Shown one piece after another: positions 63,463 through 64,000 of a stretch of DNA of 64,000 bases. The notes beneath the pieces are model-generated. The model ran no database searches. It was given only the letters and a program-made list of their open reading frames with translations, and was not told the DNA's origin. A program made the translations under genes and the position numbers. Every line of letters begins with the position of its first letter. Within the stretch, counting starts at the first letter, position 1. Origin of the DNA: a virus; the IMG/VR virus record IMGVR_UViG_3300050821_007696, positions 1-64,000 of that record. The stretch is one strand, 5' to 3'.

Positions 63463-64000
63463 GTGACAGGTCACCACCACCCGCACCCGAAGCCGCCGAA
63501 GCCCCCCGTCCCCCCGTCCCCGCCCGTGACCGGCAAGTACCTGTTCGAGGACGAGTTCACCGGGCCGGCCGGCGCGTCCCCGGACGAGGGCACCTCGCCG
63601 TCGTCGAAGCTGTGGACGCTGCGCAGCGGCTTCACCAACAACGGCGCCTACGTGACCGGCAGCCCGGCGGTCGCCTACCTGGACGGCAGCGCGCAGGGCA
63701 ACCTGGTGCTGGCCGTCGGGAAGGCGGGCTCCCTCGGGGCGAAGGCGGGCTTCTTCCCGGCCCCGATCCTCGACACCGGCGGCGGCCCTGCTTCGCAGCA
63801 GTACCCGAGCGACGGCAGCCCGGTGAACTTCGCGCTCCAGCCGGGCATGTCCTGCGAGATGCGGGTCGCGGTCAACACGGTTGCCGGCACCTGGCCCGCG
63901 GCGTGGTTCGTGCCGGTTCTCGCCGGGGCGAACTACCCGGAGGGCTGGTCCGAGATCGACATGGAGGAGAGCTACGGGACCGGTTTCGCGGACTCCTCGA
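63463..64000 (+). CDS. GH16 glycoside hydrolase (runs off the window end)
   Basis: LFEDEFTG, WPAAW, catalytic EIDMEE; not in the ORF track because there is no stop in the window. Confidence 0.85.
   Translation, partial: MTGHHHPHPKPPKPPVPPSPPVTGKYLFEDEFTGPAGASPDEGTSPSSKLWTLRSGFTNNGAYVTGSPAVAYLDGSAQGNLVLAVGKAGSLGAKAGFFPAPILDTGGGPASQQYPSDGSPVNFALQPGMSCEMRVAVNTVAGTWPAAWFVPVLAGANYPEGWSEIDMEESYGTGFADSS

Overview
About 64 kb of a high-GC, HK97-type long-tailed (siphovirus-like) phage. The host is probably an actinomycete (inferred from DUF397, Rpf and actinobacterial-style TANNNT promoters). The window probably starts near the genome left end. It runs through the terminases, portal, prohead protease and major capsid; a block of sugar-biosynthesis, glycosyltransferase and methyltransferase genes embedded among head genes; fibre/adaptor genes; the tail module (major tail, frameshifted chaperones, tape measure, three large tail-tip proteins); membrane/lysis genes; a leftward accessory operon; and early genes (Cas4-like nuclease, SSB-like protein, GT2-deacetylase-GH16 operon). 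Four tRNA genes and two tRNA-like elements are present. No integrase, repressor or CRISPR array is visible. The best candidate for an undescribed system is a conserved structured 5'-UTR motif (GCC-N2-3-GGCC-variable hairpin-GGAGCY). It lies just downstream of a -10 box in front of seven late genes and is usually followed by a hairpin occluding the ribosome-binding site. Other notable items: five identical copies of an 18-bp near-palindrome at gene 3' ends; a Ser-rich leaderless uORF with a terminator ahead of two tRNA-Ser genes, one of which fits an 8/4 fold; and a minimal K+ channel. All protein calls come from motifs read by eye; no database searches were run.
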